A stretch of DNA of 64,000 nucleotides from Eledone cirrhosa (GCA_964016885.1 OZ024742.1:115568001-115632000), one strand, 5' to 3'. Shown: positions 27,920 through 40,089, counted from the stretch's first letter. The notes: a model not told the origin generated them from the letters alone. Translations and numbers: made by a program.

Positions 27920-29246
27920 GTATATATGTATGTGTATGCGCGCGTGTGTATGTGTAGATATATATATACATATATATATATGTGTGTGTGTATGTGTATG
28001 CGTGTGTGTGTGTATATTTGTGTGTTTGTGTTTTTCCTGTGTATATATGTATATATGTGTATGTGTGTGTGTGTGTATATGTATGTGTGTGTGTGTGTAT
28101 GTGTATGTGTGTGTGTGTGTATGTGTATGCGCACACATGTGTGTGTGTGTGTATATGTATATATATATATATATATATGTATGTGTATGTGTATGTGTAT
28201 GTGTGTGTGAATGTGTAGGTGTGCACACACACACATATGTATGTGTGTGTGTGTATGTATGTGTAGGTATATATGTATGTGTGTGTGTAAGTGTTTTTGT
28301 ATGTGGTTGTGAGTATGTAAATATATTTTATTCTTTCCATCCTACTATAACACTCTGGCCACCTGTGGCTTGTATGTTAACTTGACCACTCTCCCCAGTC
28401 TGTGCCATGATTCGATCTTGTTAAATGTTTAATTTCTATTACCAACCCACCTAAAAAATGTCCATTCACTATTCGTTACCTATCTTTTATCCTTTATCTA
28501 ATACCTAATCATTCACTCATAAATAAATTAATAAATAAATGAAAGAGTTAACTAACAAACGAACAAACAAACAAGCAGATAAACAAATAAACCAGTTAAT
28601 AAGCAAATAAATAAACAGGTAAATAAATAAATGGATAAATAAATAAATAAGTAAATAAAGTAACTATGTATGTGTGTGTGTGTATGTATGTGTAGGTATA
28701 TATGTATGTGTGTGTGTAAGTGTTTTTGTATGTGGTTGTGAGTATGTAAATATATTTTATTCTTTCCATCCTACTATAACACTCTGGCCACCTGTGGCTT
28801 GTATGTTAACTTGACCACTCTCCCCAATCTGTGCCATGATTCGGTCTTGTTAAATGTTTAATTTCTATTACCAACCCACCTAAAAAATGTCCCTACTATA
28901 TATTTGTTGAATTACTATTCTTGGGGTTTTTATTTATTTATTTTTTATTTATTTCTTTATTTATTTTATTTATTTATTCATTTATCTATTTATTTATTCA
29001 TTTATTTATTTACTTATTTATTTATTTCAAAAAAGCACTCTGGCTAATTGACCACTCCCCATAGAAAAAACGGCCTGTGCCATGAAGTGGTCTTGTGTAT
29101 CTAAATACCCCCCCCCCCCCCATCGACCACCCCTCCCTTGCCACTACCTAAATGTATAAATACCAGAACTTAATATGACACCCAGCTTCCTGAAGATTTC
29201 ATCTGAATGAAACAGTACTAGTCCTGTAGAAGCTCCTTCTATAAAA

Positions 29247-29256
<10 letters not shown>
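27720..29256 (+). repeat. Inverted copy of the PLE-B 3' UTR/pLTR with internal rearrangements
   Basis: Reverse complement of ~20411-21485. 28462-28666 is a direct copy of 26433-26637. 28236-28463 is repeated at 28665-28892. Confidence 0.9.
29184..29234 (+). ncRNA. Type I hammerhead ribozyme (identical to 20432-20482, opposite strand)
   Basis: AGCTTC-CTGAAGA-TTTCATCTGAAT-GAAA-CAG(TACTAGTC)CTG-TA-GAAGCT. Confidence 0.85.
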
Positions 29257-29259
<3 letters not shown>

Positions 29260-29300
<41 letters not shown>

Positions 29301-29347
29301 TATATACAAGTATATACATACACATGCACATACAAATACAAGCACCT

Positions 29348-29434
<87 letters not shown>

Positions 29435-29581
29435 CATACACACCCATACACATATACATATATACACGCACACACACACCCAGACACATATATATATAAA
29501 CACACATATACACATATATATATACACATATATATATGCACATATACATACACATATATATACATTCATATACATACATAT

Positions 29582-29615
<34 letters not shown>

Positions 29616-30400
29616 TTATATACACACACACACACAAACATACACAAACATGCCCATATGCAGGTACGTGTGTCGCACCTACACACAGCGATATGCATAC
29701 AACCGAACGGCCACTCATACAAATGCATACAAACATGTACTCATAAATATACGCATATAAACAAGCACATAAAAACAGCTCTACAAGCAGAAAATGCAGA
29801 TAGGTAAGAGTTTATATATACTTATATAACTATACTTATATACTTATATAATACTTATATAACCATAGTGCTGTGTTTCAGGTTAAGGAGTTATAGGGGT
29901 GAGGTGGGAAGAAGGTAGAGGGGTTATTTTGTCGTCTGGCGTTTAACAAAAAAAATGGGGGGAAGTCGTTTTAGCTATCGAGCATTAACACTTGCTTAAG
30001 GTATTAGAAAGTTGCAAAGTGTTTGTGCATTCAGTTCGGGCAGTCTCCAGAGAGTTTGTTCAGTAGCGGGCCCTTGGCGAATAAAATTTCGTAGCTCTCT
30101 CATTTACAAACGTCGCAGCACCTGTGTCCTCCGTCGTATGAGCGCGCTTTTTCGAGTATTTTCCATTGAAGCGTGAAGGTATAAATACCACAATATTTAT
30201 TAATGTATAAATACCACAACATTTATAAAGTTATAAATACCACAACATTTATTTTGGGATAGCCAGATTCCTGATGATTTCTAAAGAATGAAACAATTCT
30301 AGTCCTGTAGAATCTCATCTATATTAACACTTTTATACTCTGCTATGTATTGAGTACCTTACTTACTGTGGTTACCTCCGATTGAACGCGAAATAACGTA
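29260..30400 (-). mobile_element. PLE-C: relative of PLE-B; decayed ORF end (30182-29970, -) plus inverted pLTR (30183-30400, +)
   Basis: QWKILEKARSYDGGHRCCDVCK*ESYEILFAKGPLLNK...PN*MHK aligns to PLE-B. The pLTR end ATGTATTGAGTACCTTACTTACTGTGGTTA is shared with the reverse complement of 20343-20400. Confidence 0.85.
30265..30315 (+). ncRNA. Type I hammerhead ribozyme (PLE-C)
   Basis: AGATTC-CTGATGA-T-TTC(TAAA)GAA-T-GAAA-CA...TG-TA-GAATCT. Stem I covaries with the PLE-B copy. Confidence 0.85.
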
Positions 30401-31492
30401 TATATATATATATATAGGTGTGTGTGTGTTACTGTGTCCATAGATGTTTTACAGTCACTGTCCGTTCATATACTGCAAATTATTGATTCAAGAAAAATGG
30501 TCGAAATTTACAAAACTGTTTGAAGCAAAATCTACTGCGGTCGGCATAATCAACTAATTATTAGGAAACGTTCCCCCATCATGACGTGGGGGTAAAAACT
30601 GTAACCAGAATGACTTTATATATCATATATGCAAAACATACATCAGTACAGAAATCATATTCACAATATAATATGAATAGAGAAAATAAACAATTTTAAA
30701 TCCAGGATTCTTTTTTCCATATTCTACTGTGATTTATCTTGAATTAAGTCTTCTTGTATACTGTTTGTCAATTATACAAAACAGAACATGGCATTAATTG
30801 TAATTCCCACAGATAAGTCATTTCTTATTTATCTAGAAAGTTCTCATGTTAAAAAGTGTTTAAAACAACAATTATAAAATTGATAAAGTTTGAAAAAAGA
30901 CAGAGCAAAAAATTAAATACATTTTATTTAATTACAAATAAAGAAGTAATTCAACTTTTCTGGAATTAATGATTTCTGTGGTTTGCTTCTTGAAATATTT
31001 AGCGATTACAATAGAATTTGATTTAATACATTTTGCATCGATATATTTGTATAAAACTCTGGACCAGTTTATTTAATTCACAGGGTGGTAACGAATTTCC
31101 TTTCACAGCCAGATGATGCGGAGTTAAATCTCACGAAGAAGGAGTAGTTCTTCAAATATTAGTTGTTTTAATTTATTTAGATAATTAAAATCATTTCTTA
31201 ATTCCAGATTTTTCAGTTGGTGATATATTAGTAAAACTGACTTATATCAGCATCACTGAATTTCATACTTATTAATCGAGATTGTTCATGAAGTTTAATA
31301 TGATTAAATATTTTTTCTGAGTTGATATGTTATCTTTGCAAACATATGCCTTAATATGTTAGAGACAAATAACATTTTGATTTGTATATATGTATATATA
31401 TATAGATGTATTGATAAATACAAAGACGAAAATATAAGGAGTATTCAACAAGGGCTGTAAATTTATAAATATATATATATATCTACATATAT

Positions 31493-31592
<100 letters not shown>

Positions 31593-32133
31593 ATATTAAA
31601 ATAACGGATTAATGTTTAATCAAAGAATCACTGGTTCCACCCTTAACGGGATTTCTGATACTAAAAAAAATCAATCTGTGAACGGACAAATAGATATTTC
31701 AAAAAACGTTGCAACCGTACGAAAACAGGAAAACGATACTTTGAAGACGTTTCCTGGCAATGAACGGAAAAAAGCTGAAGATAATACATCGTTATGGGGA
31801 ACGTTAAGGGTGGAAGCAGCCATTCTTTGCTTAAAATGTTTCTTCTCTATTCTATCTCTCTCTCTTTCTCTTCCTTTTTCTTCCCTAATACGTCTATTTA
31901 TGCATTTAAATATTTGTGTATGTATGCATTTATTTATTTTCTCCTTGCATTTCCTCATACCTACCCCCTCCTTATACCCATATCTCGCTGAGCATCCTCT
32001 TCTTCATTAAATTTAAGTTTATCATGTTATTATTTGTGGTATATAAATGTTGAGATTTGTTGTAATAAATCACTGCCAATACTGGAATTGAACCATCAAG
32101 GCCGTTAAGGTATGTCATACAACAATTCATATA

Positions 32134-32195
32134 TTTTATCTGACGAGGACGTACTGAAAATACAGTACAGTACCTTCGAAATATATATAATAAAA
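32134..32195 (+). ncRNA. Type I hammerhead ribozyme in a dispersed repeat (~32000-32230)
   Basis: TTTTAT-CTGACGA-GGA(C)GTACTG/CAGTAC...TTC-GAAA-TATATA-TA-ATAAAA. Homologous copy at 39907. Confidence 0.75.
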
Positions 32196-32569
32196 CATAC
32201 ATTTTGATTATGTGAATGTCTTCATTTATTAATATTCTGAATAAAGTTATAGATATGTGTGAAGAAGGTGAGTAATATTGTAGAACAATAAATCTATGCA
32301 TATATCAGATAAGTATCACTCAACAGTTGGTAGAACTGTAGTATATATTAAAGAAACAATTAAAAGATGGTTAAAAAAGTTCCATATATTTTATTATGCG
32401 CATTTCGAAAACAACATCATCCTGGGACAATATTGTGTTCTCATCAGATAAAATAAGGTAACATGATAGGAAGCCTAAAAACACCTGTCAACAAGAAAAG
32501 AAATATATATATAAGCATGCATGTGTATATATATGCACATACAATAGCTAACTGACAGCAAATATTAAA

Positions 32570-33185
32570 TATCTTACCCAGTTAAATACCCAGTTATATA
32601 AAATAAAAGACAGGCAAAGTCACTAAAAACGATACTGGCGACTGCTAATCTGCAAACCATAATGAAAGAGCATGAATTGAAAAGACGAAGACGTTAGCAG
32701 TTACGATTGGGAAAGAAGGAATTACATTTATTAAATCATTAAAAAATGTATTTCCCTGCATCTCAGAGAATTTAACATATATTAAATGTGTAAAACCTGC
32801 TGCGGAGGCTACATAGGTCAAACATGCCTAACAATCTAACAAAGGCTGTCAGTTCACGGTCAACAAATTAATGATCCGTACACCGGAAAGATCTCACTTA
32901 AAGAGTATATAGATGATTGAAGAGGACTCAATTTGTCAAATGTTGATATTGCCTCATTCTGACATTGCAGCCACTGTGAAACAGAGGAAGAAAGTTTTAC
33001 CAACGAATAAGTTTTGTAAGGCGAATCTCATCATTACATTCATAACTTTTACTAGTTCGTCAAGCTAGTGATACGGTCCGTAAACAACAAATATAAAACC
33101 GGTGCCTTCCATATTTTAGCTAAAGCATAAGCAACATAAGAATAACACACAGAATATGCTCAGTATGTATATAGCAAAATGTGAA

Positions 33186-33259
<74 letters not shown>

Positions 33260-33470
33260 GTAAAAAACTACAGACCCTCCATCTCAACTCTACTTTTGAA
33301 AAGCAGAAAAACTGCGAAATCGGTAAAGGAACCAAACAAATATATATAATTTATTTTTAAATAAGACTCCAGCTGCATTTTAGATTTCATCTTTTGTTCT
33401 TCATACTTTCACTCGTGTAGGCCACCTCGGTTATTTTTCATTTTGTAAAGGAAAACCTCACTTTCTAATA
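32570..33470 (+). mobile_element. Decayed PLE 3' end (GIY-YIG remnant + pLTR)
   Basis: CKTCCGGYIGQTCLTI*QRLSVHGQQINDP at ~32790-32880. HHR-like motif at 33290-33328. Terminal part shared with 8386-8497. The left boundary is approximate. Confidence 0.7.
33290..33328 (+). ncRNA. Minimal hammerhead-like motif with U3-A8 core
   Basis: CTT-TTGAAAA-GCAG(AAAAA)CTGC-GAAA-TCGG-TA-AAG. Stem II is perfect; stem I is only 3 bp. Confidence 0.5.
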
Positions 33471-33485
33471 TATATATATATATAT

Positions 33486-33889
33486 TAGTTCACCATACCG
33501 AGAACAATTGCTTCACCTTCGCGGATCTTCAGCTCGGGATGTGTATGGTTATAGGAACAGGAAGGACAACCGTCCGAACGCGCATGCGGAGGAACTCGGT
33601 CACTTCTCACAGGAAATACTAGACGGCGTGCGGGATGTGTAAGGGAGATAACTGCGAAAACCCGGGAAAAGTTTTTAGGTTGAAAATAAAATAAAATAAA
33701 ATTTAAAATAAAATTACAAACAATCAGTCCGGAGCCTTGTAGTTATACAATAGATGTTTGGTGACGTGTGGACAACATGTGAAAAATTCACTTCTCGTGT
33801 TTAGGCAATCACTATTTCGTAACCACTGCTACCTAACTCGTCCCTTGGACTGGGTGCTCTAGCACTACGGATATTACCTTCCAGTGCTC

Positions 33890-33892
<3 letters not shown>
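33486..33892 (-). mobile_element. Short 5'-truncated PLE 3' end between (TA)n tracts
   Basis: The - strand reads LNTRSEFFTCCPHVTKHLLYNY*, resembling the PLE-B C-terminus, then an HHR. Confidence 0.7.
33494..33541 (-). ncRNA. Type I hammerhead-like motif
   Basis: CAT(C)CCGAG-CTGAAGA-T-CC(GCGAA)GG-T-GAAG-CAATTG-TT-CTCGG(T)ATG. Palindromic loop III; A15.1 is changed to G. Confidence 0.65.
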
Positions 33893-33928
<36 letters not shown>

Positions 33929-33983
33929 CAAAAGTCAGGACTCCACCCTACTACCCTATTTTATTATTATTTCTGCCCCTCCC

Positions 33984-34023
<40 letters not shown>

Positions 34024-34269
34024 TAATAGGTAAACTAATCCATGCTGTAGAAATACTCAGTTCCGTGAGGTGAGTTTGGATATACATATTTAGGTCAGTA
34101 TGACAGCGATCCCATTCCAGGTACGTACGATCTGTTGAGAGTTTTTGCTCAAACGAACAGGTTATCTTTCATCGGCACAGTTTGAACATGTTGGTCGTCA
34201 AGGATCAAAGTACATACCTGCTATGGCATTGTTGTAGTTCTAACCTAAATATGTATCAGTATATATATT

Positions 34270-34525
34270 TATGTCAAATCTGGATGTCGGTGAGCATGTC
34301 CTGGTAACCTCAGTCTCCTCTGTGTCACTTTTGAGCTGACCTTTGGGATGCTCCCATACAGCTCTGAGTTTGTCATCCTACATGGACACACTAGAAGAGG
34401 AAGACCAAGGTTAACGTATGTTGATGCCCTAAGGACAGACACTGGTCTATTGGAGATGCAGGACATGGCAGCGATAATGAGGGACAGAGACCGCTGGAGA
34501 GAACTCGTCCATGGATCTCGGGAAT
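34270..34525 (+). mobile_element. Short RTE-clade LINE 3' end with a 5' inversion
   Basis: + strand 34375-34519 reads HGHTRRGRPRLTYVD...W...YPP*. 34270-34370 is the upstream segment inverted (SELYG...HAHRHPDLT). Same family as 1252-1934. Confidence 0.85.
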
Positions 34526-34784
34526 TTTACCCGCCTTAGAATAGAAAAAAAATATATATATATACTCTATATGTGTGCGCGTGTGAGTGAGAGAGAGAGT
34601 GAGAGCGTGTGTGTGTGTGTGAGTATCCCACGTTCAAATGGGATTAACCACAAACGTAATGTATTCAATACATAATAGAGTATATACAATATTCAATATT
34701 GAAATGACGTCATTAACTCCGAATCACCACCTTCCCCTACCACCAGAAAACGCATAAATATCAACATATCACGATGACAGGTGG

Positions 34785-34834
34785 TCTTTCCTGACGATGT
34801 CCTTCGAATAAAACAGTTCTAGTGCTGAAGAAGC
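34785..34834 (+). ncRNA. Dead hammerhead relic of the PLE-B/C type
   Basis: TTC-CTGACGA-TGTCCTTCGAAT-AAAA-CAG(TTCTAGTG)CTG-AA-GAAGC. G12 and U16.1 are mutated. Confidence 0.55.
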
Positions 34835-34943
34835 CATTGCTAAACACACACGCGCACACGCACACACACACACATACACACACACACATACATACACAAA
34901 CACACATACACACACACAGACACACACACATATATGTATATAA

Positions 34944-35425
34944 TCTATAATAATGTTAATAGTGCAGGACTGCGTCCAGAGTATATTTGTTATCCCGATT
35001 GTAAAATAAGTTGGATTACTTTGAATAAATAATGAATGAATATTACATAATTTATCTACTAAATTTCGTTATACTTGATTAAATATAATTAATTTTGTGG
35101 CTTATTTTAAGATTCACTTCTTTAACATTTTCAAATGTCAACACTTCTGGTTAGCGATCACTTAAGTAAACATCATTTATTTTCGTCACTAATTTTCTCC
35201 TAATGCAGTCTATATATAATATCGTCTTTTTTAATGTACCATGGATTACGTTACTGAGTACATATGACAGTGTAACGCAGTCTTCGTTCAAATTTCTGTG
35301 TATACTGTCAATTACGATTTTATTTGAAGTATCATATCTACACGCATATATACTTGCGTATAATATCAATATGCACACTACACATGCTAGCAGAAAACCA
35401 CCGGAGGGGTGATTTTTTCTGCTAG
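34944..35425 (+). mobile_element. Putative non-autonomous Helitron
   Basis: Starts A|TCTATAATAATGTTAATA and ends with hairpin CACC(GGAGG)GGTG then CTAG|T. Inserted between A and T with no TSD. Only one copy in the window. Confidence 0.5.
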
Positions 35426-35569
35426 TATATATTAATATATATATATAAACAAAAATTAAAAATTACTCGGAGAAACCTGTTAAATAGAGAGACATTACAC
35501 ACAACCATGGCTATTTCTGAAAAAAGTACCTATACTTTAAAACGAACTATAACAGTCGTCAACACAAAA

Positions 35570-35732
35570 ATCGGTAATAGACAATATTAAATATATAAAT
35601 AGATAAATAATTGCCATTGTTAAATAATAAGTAGATCAACTAATACCTTAACACTTCACACAAAGTAAAACATTTCGTTTTAATCATTTTCTAACCCAGA
35701 AAAAAGAGAGAGAGAAACAAAAAAGAAAAAAA
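35570..35732 (+). repeat. Partial copy of the 38465-38956 repeat
   Basis: Near-identical to 38750-38912. Confidence 0.85.
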
Positions 35733-35819
35733 TATGGTGCCGCTGAGCTGAAAAATGGCAATACCTGTTTTCATATCGAGTTTGTAGATAAAGCAACCAT
35801 GGATCGTTGACACTTCAAA

Positions 35820-37347
35820 AAAGGCAGAATTCAATTATTTATTTAGAGACTTAGGCAAGTCTAGATATAAAGAGAAAAGTATGCTGCAGAAAGACACAAA
35901 TGTAACTTGTTTTATCAGGGAAAATGATTACTTGGCTTTGTTTAAAAATGAAAAAGATTGTGTTTACTGATGTGACGTGGTGGGACAGTTAAAAGCGATG
36001 GGTGCTCTACAGTTTGATCCTAATGAATCGAGGTTCTTTATATATAGTTAAAAGAAGAGTCCATAATATGTATTACTCCATAATGGAAACCTTTATGTAA
36101 CAATTCCTATTGGACACTCCTGTGCACGTAAAAGAGAAATACCAAGACATAACATTTTCATCAGATTTATTCAATAAGGAGGTATACAGAATATCCGTGT
36201 TTCCTGGGTTTATGGGATAGCCGACCGAAAGGCAAACTTTAGCAAGAGAAACACTTGCCAGTTAGAAAAGGGTTGACTGTTGTGGAGAAGAATAACATAC
36301 AACATCTTATTGAGCGAGGGAAAATCACTTCCCACCCTTTCATTTTAAATTACGATTAATGAAGCAGTTTGTCAACGCTCGGAATACGGAGCGTGACTGT
36401 TTCAAATTCACATATTCATTATCTATAGGCCTAAGGTGGGATAAAATAAAGGCTGATGATTTTGACCGGTGATCAGAAGGGAAATGAAAGGCCAAAACTA
36501 CTAGAGCTCGATGCCTGACGCAAAAAAAAGGGCATGGCGTTCATTTGTCTATGTTGAGAAAGCGTTTTGTGGCAGCCAAATTGTTCCAGACTAGAAGGAT
36601 CTTATAGACTTCATCATGAGCATAAGGATTCATTTCTTCAAAAGCCATATCGATGAATTTCCTGCTAAACTTGGAGACGTAAGTGATGAGCATGATGGTC
36701 GCTTCCATCAAGATATCGAAGAGCGATATCAATGTAGATGGAATACACACATGATGGCAGACTAGTGTTGGAGTATTCAAAGAGTCTTTGTAGACAGGCA
36801 CTCTCGTAAGCGAACATTTCTCTATTAATATGTTGATTAGTGCATGACTGTTTGTGCTCTATACATTTTATTTGGGAACTGACAAGATGTGTATAATAAA
36901 AGGTGATGAATTTATATTTCATCTATCATACAATATTCTATTGACATTATAATTTATGGTTTCAAACTATAAGATTTAATAATACATCGAACTAAATTAC
37001 ATTATTTATATAGATCGCAGGGTTGGCAGTATCCGTAGAAGATCGGGCTCAATGCTTTACAGAATAGAGTAACGCTCCTTTATTGTCTGAGTTCAAAGCC
37101 CGCCGAGGTTCACTTTGCCTTTCATCCTTACGCTGTAAAAATAATAAAGTACCAGTAATGTATTGGATAATTGCTGGCCTTGTGCCAAAAGCAGAAACAA
37201 TTATGTATACAGTGCATAATAAAATAGGGATGTGCTCTAGAATTAAAACACGATGTGTAAGAGAAAAATGGATGCATTATTAGTAATCAGCACATGAAAA
37301 TTAGCTAAAAACAAATCACATATCAGCAAAAACTGTGTTGACCAGTG
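35820..37347 (+). mobile_element. Decayed DNA transposon, Chapaev3/CMC-like transposase remnant
   Basis: RDLGKS, FDPNESRFFI...VLLHNGN..TIPIGHS, YPCFLGLWDSR, PPFHFKLRLMKQFV, LGDVSDEHDGRFHQDI..RYQ.RW...MMAD*CW. Probable right end ...GACCAGTG at 37340-37347. The superfamily name is from recall. Confidence 0.7.
37021..37203 (+). mobile_element. SINE, older diverged copy
   Basis: Homologous to the 4148 copy along its length. Confidence 0.85.
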
Positions 37348-37549
37348 TAATTTATTGAACATTTGTTTTCCTTTCGGTGTTAAATAATTTCTTTTGCGCT
37401 GTCCACTATAAACGCTGAAAAAATACATTAAAAAAAATAAGGTATAACGTACCAATATGTTTATCTATCTATAGATCAATATATATATATATATACATAA
37501 TAATAATAATAAAATGTGGAGAGGAAGCACACGAGTTAGGATATATATA

Positions 37550-37611
<62 letters not shown>

Positions 37612-37654
37612 AATAAAATGTGGAGAGGAAGCACACGAGTTAGGATATATATAT

Positions 37655-38950
37655 TTGACGACAGGGAGAATGAGACGATTATTAGGAAGACAAACATTTT
37701 TTTTCATTTTTTTTTTCTCTCTGGGTTAGAAAATGATTAAAACGAAATGTTTTACTTTGTGTGAAGTGTTAAGGTATTAGTTGATTTATTTATTATTTAA
37801 CAATGGCAATTATTTATTATTTATATATTTAATAATTGTCGATAACCGGTTTCAGCATTTGTATGCATTATCAAATGATAGTGAAATGTATTAGTGTGGT
37901 GCCGCACATGTTAAACATAAGGTGCAGAAAGTATAATGTTATTTACAAACAAGGTTTATGAAATGAAAAGAAAAAGAAAAAGGAAAAAAAAACGTGTATA
38001 ATGTAGAGCATAAAAGTCAATGTGGAAGAAAAATAATGTTATTTACAGGCATAGTTATTGAAGTTAAGCAGATCAAAATATGTTAATTTAGCAAGAGTGC
38101 TTAGTTGATCCATGATTCCATGATAGAGGCAAATGGTGGACTGTTTGATATGATTTCCCTTTTTAGAGAGTTAATATGCAGGGGGAACCAGTTCTTGCTG
38201 GATGATATTTAATTTATTTAAGAAAAAGGATTAGGTGGAGTGTGAGTGTGGTAATGCTTGTAAATGTTTGATTGTCTGTTGCAGTTTTAGATTGGTCCGA
38301 TTTTTAGAGCATTAATTAGAGGTTGACTTTGCCTTTCATCCTTACGAGGTCGATAAAATTAAGTACCAGTAATGTACTGGGTATTTGCTGGCCTTGTGCC
38401 AGAAGTAGAAACAATTAATTAGAGGTTGGAATTTGTTAATTAAATATGTTTCCTTATTGGTACGTTGCCTCCATCATGGATTCATGGATCAACTAAGCAC
38501 TCTTGCTATATTAACATATTTTTATCTGCTTAACTTCAATAACTATGCCTGTAAAGAACATTATTTTGTCTTCCACATTGACATCTTATGCTCTACATTA
38601 TGCACGTTTTTTTTTTCTTTTGCTTTTTTCTTTTCACTTCATAAACCTTGTTTGTAAATAATATTATTCTTTCTGCACCTTCTGTTTAACATGTGCGACA
38701 CCACACTAATACATTTCACTATCATGTGATAATGCATAACAATTCTGAAATCGGTAATAGACAATTATTAAATATATAAATAGATAAATAAATGCCATTG
38801 TTAAATAATAAGTAGATCAACTAATACCTTAACACTTCACACAAAGTAAAACATTTCGTTTTAATCATTTTCTAACCCAGAAAAAAGAGAGAGAGAAACA
38901 AAAAAGAAAAAAAAAATCGCTCTTCCTAATAATTGTCTCTTTCTCCCTGT

Positions 38951-38956
<6 letters not shown>
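37655..38956. mobile_element. ~480-bp inverted repeat pair (37655-38132 and 38465-38956), probably a truncated PLE with an inverted pLTR
   Basis: The arms are reverse complements and both outer ends abut (TA)n. The left arm has an HHR-like TTGATAA-T-GCAT(ACAA)ATGC-T-GAAA-CCGG-TT on - at 37838-37881. Confidence 0.75.
38319..38416 (+). mobile_element. 5'-truncated SINE with a TSD
   Basis: 3' half of the SINE. ATTAATTAGAGGTTG occurs at 38311-38325 and 38414-38428. Confidence 0.85.
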
Positions 38957-39013
<57 letters not shown>

Positions 39014-39906
39014 TGTGTGTGTGCGTGCGTGCGTGTATGTTTGTGTGTGTATGTATGTATGTATGTATATATATATATTTATATCTATATGTCCATCTTT
39101 CTCTCTATCTATTCATCTTCCTCTGTATCTAAATATCTATAAAAATATACTATTAATGAATCTTCATTTATCTCGATATATATATATTATATATATTATC
39201 AATGTAACTCAGAAGAGTTGCTTGTTACATAAGCTTGCCAATACATTGCCCATAAATTTCAATGATAATGCGCTCGGGGATGCAATTCTGTTCATTACCC
39301 AAATGATAAGAAGGTCGAAGTAACGCCAGAGATCTTTTTTTGCCTGAAGAAAAGAAAATTACCTGGAGGACCATAAGGTCAATGGCCAAGTTGTACGTAA
39401 ATATGTTGAATAACATTAATAATATTTCTGCTCTGTTGATAACATCTAGCACTCTCCTCTTGCATCCAGTCAGCGGAAACACATGATATTATATACTCAC
39501 ACATTATCTAACAAAGACACACACATACGCATACATACATGTACATGAGTGTGTGCATGTAATTGTGTGTGTGTGTTTGTTTCATCGGGACAACTATTTG
39601 TTCTTACCATATCACATATATTTATAGACATCTAGTTAAAATTAAATATATATAGAGATAATATAATTTGTATATATATATATGTCTGCGTCTGTGTATG
39701 TGTGTGTGTATGTATGGATGTATGTATATGTTTATAAATACACACCCTCTCTTATATCTCTAATTCAATCCACGTCTTTTCTTCTTTAAGTTTAACATAT
39801 TATTATTTGTGGTATATAAATGTTAAGATTTGATGAAATAAATCACTGCCAATACTGGAATTGAAATATCAAGACCGTAGAGGTATGTCATATATCATAT
39901 CATATA

Positions 39907-39972
39907 TTTTATCTGATGAGGACGTACTGGTAAAAAGAACAACACAGTACCTTCGAAATATATATAATAAAG
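39907..39972 (+). ncRNA. Type I hammerhead ribozyme in a dispersed repeat (~39780-40000)
   Basis: TTTTAT-CTGATGA-GGA(C)GTACTG/CAGTAC(C)TTC-GAAA-TATATA-TA-ATAAAG. Confidence 0.75.
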
Positions 39973-40055
39973 CATATATTTTGATTATGTGAATGCTTTT
40001 AATCTATTGTAAAACTCTATCCATTGTGTAATCAATGAACCATATTAATCTTTGG

Positions 40056-40089
<34 letters not shown>

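Noticed and set aside
30004-30102. In-frame TGA at a Cys position in PLE-C (possible selenocysteine, as in some Naiad PLEs)
   Set aside because: The same fragment has a TGA at a Ser position and a TAA at a Gln position, PLE-B has TGC there, and I saw no SECIS. Ordinary decay is the simpler explanation.
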